Virus record (IMG/VR): IMGVR_UViG_3300012894_000009
Location: 1-45,717 of that record
Origin: a virus
Taxonomy: Duplodnaviria; Caudoviricetes
Strand: one strand, 5' to 3'
DNA: 45,717 bases
Shown here in pieces: positions 44,474 through 45,717 of the stretch. Numbering within the stretch: position 1 is the first letter of the stretch; every line of letters begins with the position of its first letter. The position numbers were made by a program, and so were the translations under genes. The notes below the pieces were generated by a model. It was not told the DNA's origin. It saw nothing but the letters and a program-made list of their open reading frames with translations, and did no database searches.

Positions 44474-44680
44474 ATGAACGACGAGTACGGGGTGAAGCTG
44501 CTCGGCACACCTGGTGGCGCACCACCGGCGCCGATCTACTTCGAGGCGGTCGACGACGACCACGCTCTCGAGACGATGGCGCAGGCGTTCGAGCGCGGTG
44601 AGGTGCTGGCCCTGTTCCACTACCCGCATGGCCGGCGCGGGGGCACGCAGCGGAAGGTGTGGCCGCACCTGGCTGTGTGA
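44474..44680 (+). CDS. 68-aa hypothetical protein
   Basis: TACCGT -10 hexamer 6 nt upstream; good GC3. Confidence 0.6.
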   Translation: MNDEYGVKLLGTPGGAPPAPIYFEAVDDDHALETMAQAFERGEVLALFHYPHGRRGGTQRKVWPHLAV

Positions 44681-44686
44681 GCACCG

Positions 44687-45223
44687 CTACTGCTTGACGA
44701 AGTCCTCGCACCCGCTGACCTTGAACACCTTGTCCTTCTTGGACACGGTGATGATCGTCGGTCCTTCGGGAGTGACCTCCTGCTGGTTGATGTTGCCCTC
44801 GCCATCGTTGGTGTCGGCGTAGCAGAGGCCGCCGTCGGTGGCTGGGGACTTGTACGTGCCCGGTTCCACGTCCGTGCCGACGAGCCACTGCCCGTTCCCC
44901 ACGGTCGCCTTCGCTCCGGCCGGCTCAGCAGCAGGCGCGGGAGCCGCAGCAGTCGTCGTGACCGTGACCGTCGGGGCAGGCGCTTCAGCGGCAGCAGGGG
45001 CCGTTACGGTCACCGTCGGAGCCGGGCTCGCGACACCGGCCGCCTGGGCGACAGGTTGCGGGGTCGAATCGTTGCCCCCACCAGACGCGCCGATGATGAT
45101 GCCGACGATGCCGGCACCCACAGCCCATGGCCAACGGCGAGGGTGCTCCCGCTTCTTCTTGGGTCGCCGTTCCGCGGACTGCTCTGGAGGCGTCGGGATC
45201 GCGGCCGTGGGCTGTTCAGACAT
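44687..45223 (-). CDS. Membrane-anchored surface protein (possible superinfection exclusion)
   Basis: AGGAG RBS; basic patch, TM, PAPTVTVT linker x2, GQWLVGTDVEPGTY..CY..SGC domain. Confidence 0.78.
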   Translation of the reverse strand: MSEQPTAAIPTPPEQSAERRPKKKREHPRRWPWAVGAGIVGIIIGASGGGNDSTPQPVAQAAGVASPAPTVTVTAPAAAEAPAPTVTVTTTAAAPAPAAEPAGAKATVGNGQWLVGTDVEPGTYKSPATDGGLCYADTNDGEGNINQQEVTPEGPTIITVSKKDKVFKVSGCEDFVKQ

Positions 45224-45255
45224 GGTGCGTCTCCTGTGACGTAGAGATGTGGTCT

Positions 45256-45358
45256 GGCAACAGCTTGCTTGAGCGCTCGACTGGATGAGCGCCCATCCGT
45301 GCAGTTGCCCCCACAAAGGGGGCCATCGCTCCGACATCCTCGTGTTGCCAGGGCAACA
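45256..45358. promoter_or_regulatory. Putative integrase arm-type sites near attR
   Basis: GGCAACA 45256-45262, AGTTGCC 45303-45309, TGTTGCC 45343-45349, GGCAACA 45352-45358. Confidence 0.55.
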
Positions 45359-45461
45359 GTTGGGCGTCAACTCCGATTAGCGGATATCGGTTAGCGGGTT
45401 CTTAGGACGGTTCGTCACCTGCGGTTCTGTCATTCCTGCTGGTCAGACTGGGTGAACCGAA

Positions 45462-45489
45462 CGGGTTCAAGTCCCGTCACTCACCCCAC
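45462..45489 (+). repeat. attR core (duplicated 3' end of tRNA-His)
   Basis: Identical to 96-123. Confidence 0.96.
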
Positions 45490-45499
45490 GCAGTGCCCG

Positions 45500-45529
45500 G
45501 AGGGGCGGTCCCGCGAGGGGCCGCCCCTC
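45500..45529. terminator. Original host terminator of tRNA-His
   Basis: GAGGGGCGGTCCC-GCGA-GGGGCCGCCCCTC hairpin with GNRA loop. Confidence 0.7.
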
Positions 45530-45554
45530 TCGGCGTCCCGGCGGTGTCCCCGCC

Positions 45555-45717
45555 TCACTCCCCCAGGGCCGGCGGCGTGGCGTCGCGCTGCTGGACCGCC
45601 CCGCGCAGGCCGAGCAGCCGCCCCCGCAACCAGATGAGGTAGGCGTCGCGGTCGGCGCGCAGGTCCTCGGTGATGACGGGGTGCCCCGCGACGTCCCAGC
45701 TCGCGATCCCCTGCAGC
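45555..45717 (-). CDS. 3' end of a host gene (partial)
   Basis: Open frame ...LQGIASWDVAGHPVITEDLRADRDAYLIWLRGRLL...GE* with high GC3. Confidence 0.6.
   Translation of the reverse strand, partial: LQGIASWDVAGHPVITEDLRADRDAYLIWLRGRLLGLRGAVQQRDATPPALGE

Larger units (their letters stand above)
96..45489 (+). mobile_element. Complete temperate prophage (contractile-tailed actinophage) integrated in tRNA-His
   Basis: 28-bp direct repeats at both ends, integrase next to attL, full set of lysogeny, replication, packaging, head, tail and lysis modules. Confidence 0.96.

Noticed and set aside
45452-45489. Second tRNA gene, or SOS box in GAACCGAACGGGTTC
   Set aside because: Only the T-arm and 3' acceptor strand are present (attR), and the GAAC/GTTC spacing is not 4 nt

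Overview
Almost the whole window is one apparently intact temperate prophage of about 45.4 kb from a high-GC actinobacterium (WhiB, DUF3263-like and Rpf domains, actinobacterial SOS box). It is integrated into the 3' end of a tRNA-His(GTG) gene and bounded by a perfect 28-bp att core (96-123 and 45462-45489). Gene order: tyrosine integrase; divergent repressor and Cro switch with excisionase; early operon (DnaN-like sliding clamp, WhiB, ParB, iteron-containing replication initiator, HNH); terminase, portal, ClpP-scaffold and capsid; contractile (myovirus) tail with a -1 frameshift chaperone; baseplate hub carrying Rpf and NlpC/P60 domains; large fibre and glycan-hydrolase proteins; lysis cassette; an unusual sigma/wHTH/Myb-like trio; accessory cargo next to attR. 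The best candidate for an undescribed system is a separately promoted three-gene operon (unknown 258-aa protein, small acidic antitoxin-like protein, PemK/MazF RNase) that looks like a tripartite toxin-antitoxin anti-phage module. Other candidates are the post-lysis sigma module, two glycan-active proteins sharing an Arg-rich N-terminal tag, and an SOS-box-controlled membrane gene antisense to the integrase. All protein calls come from motif recognition and synteny by eye, not database searches.
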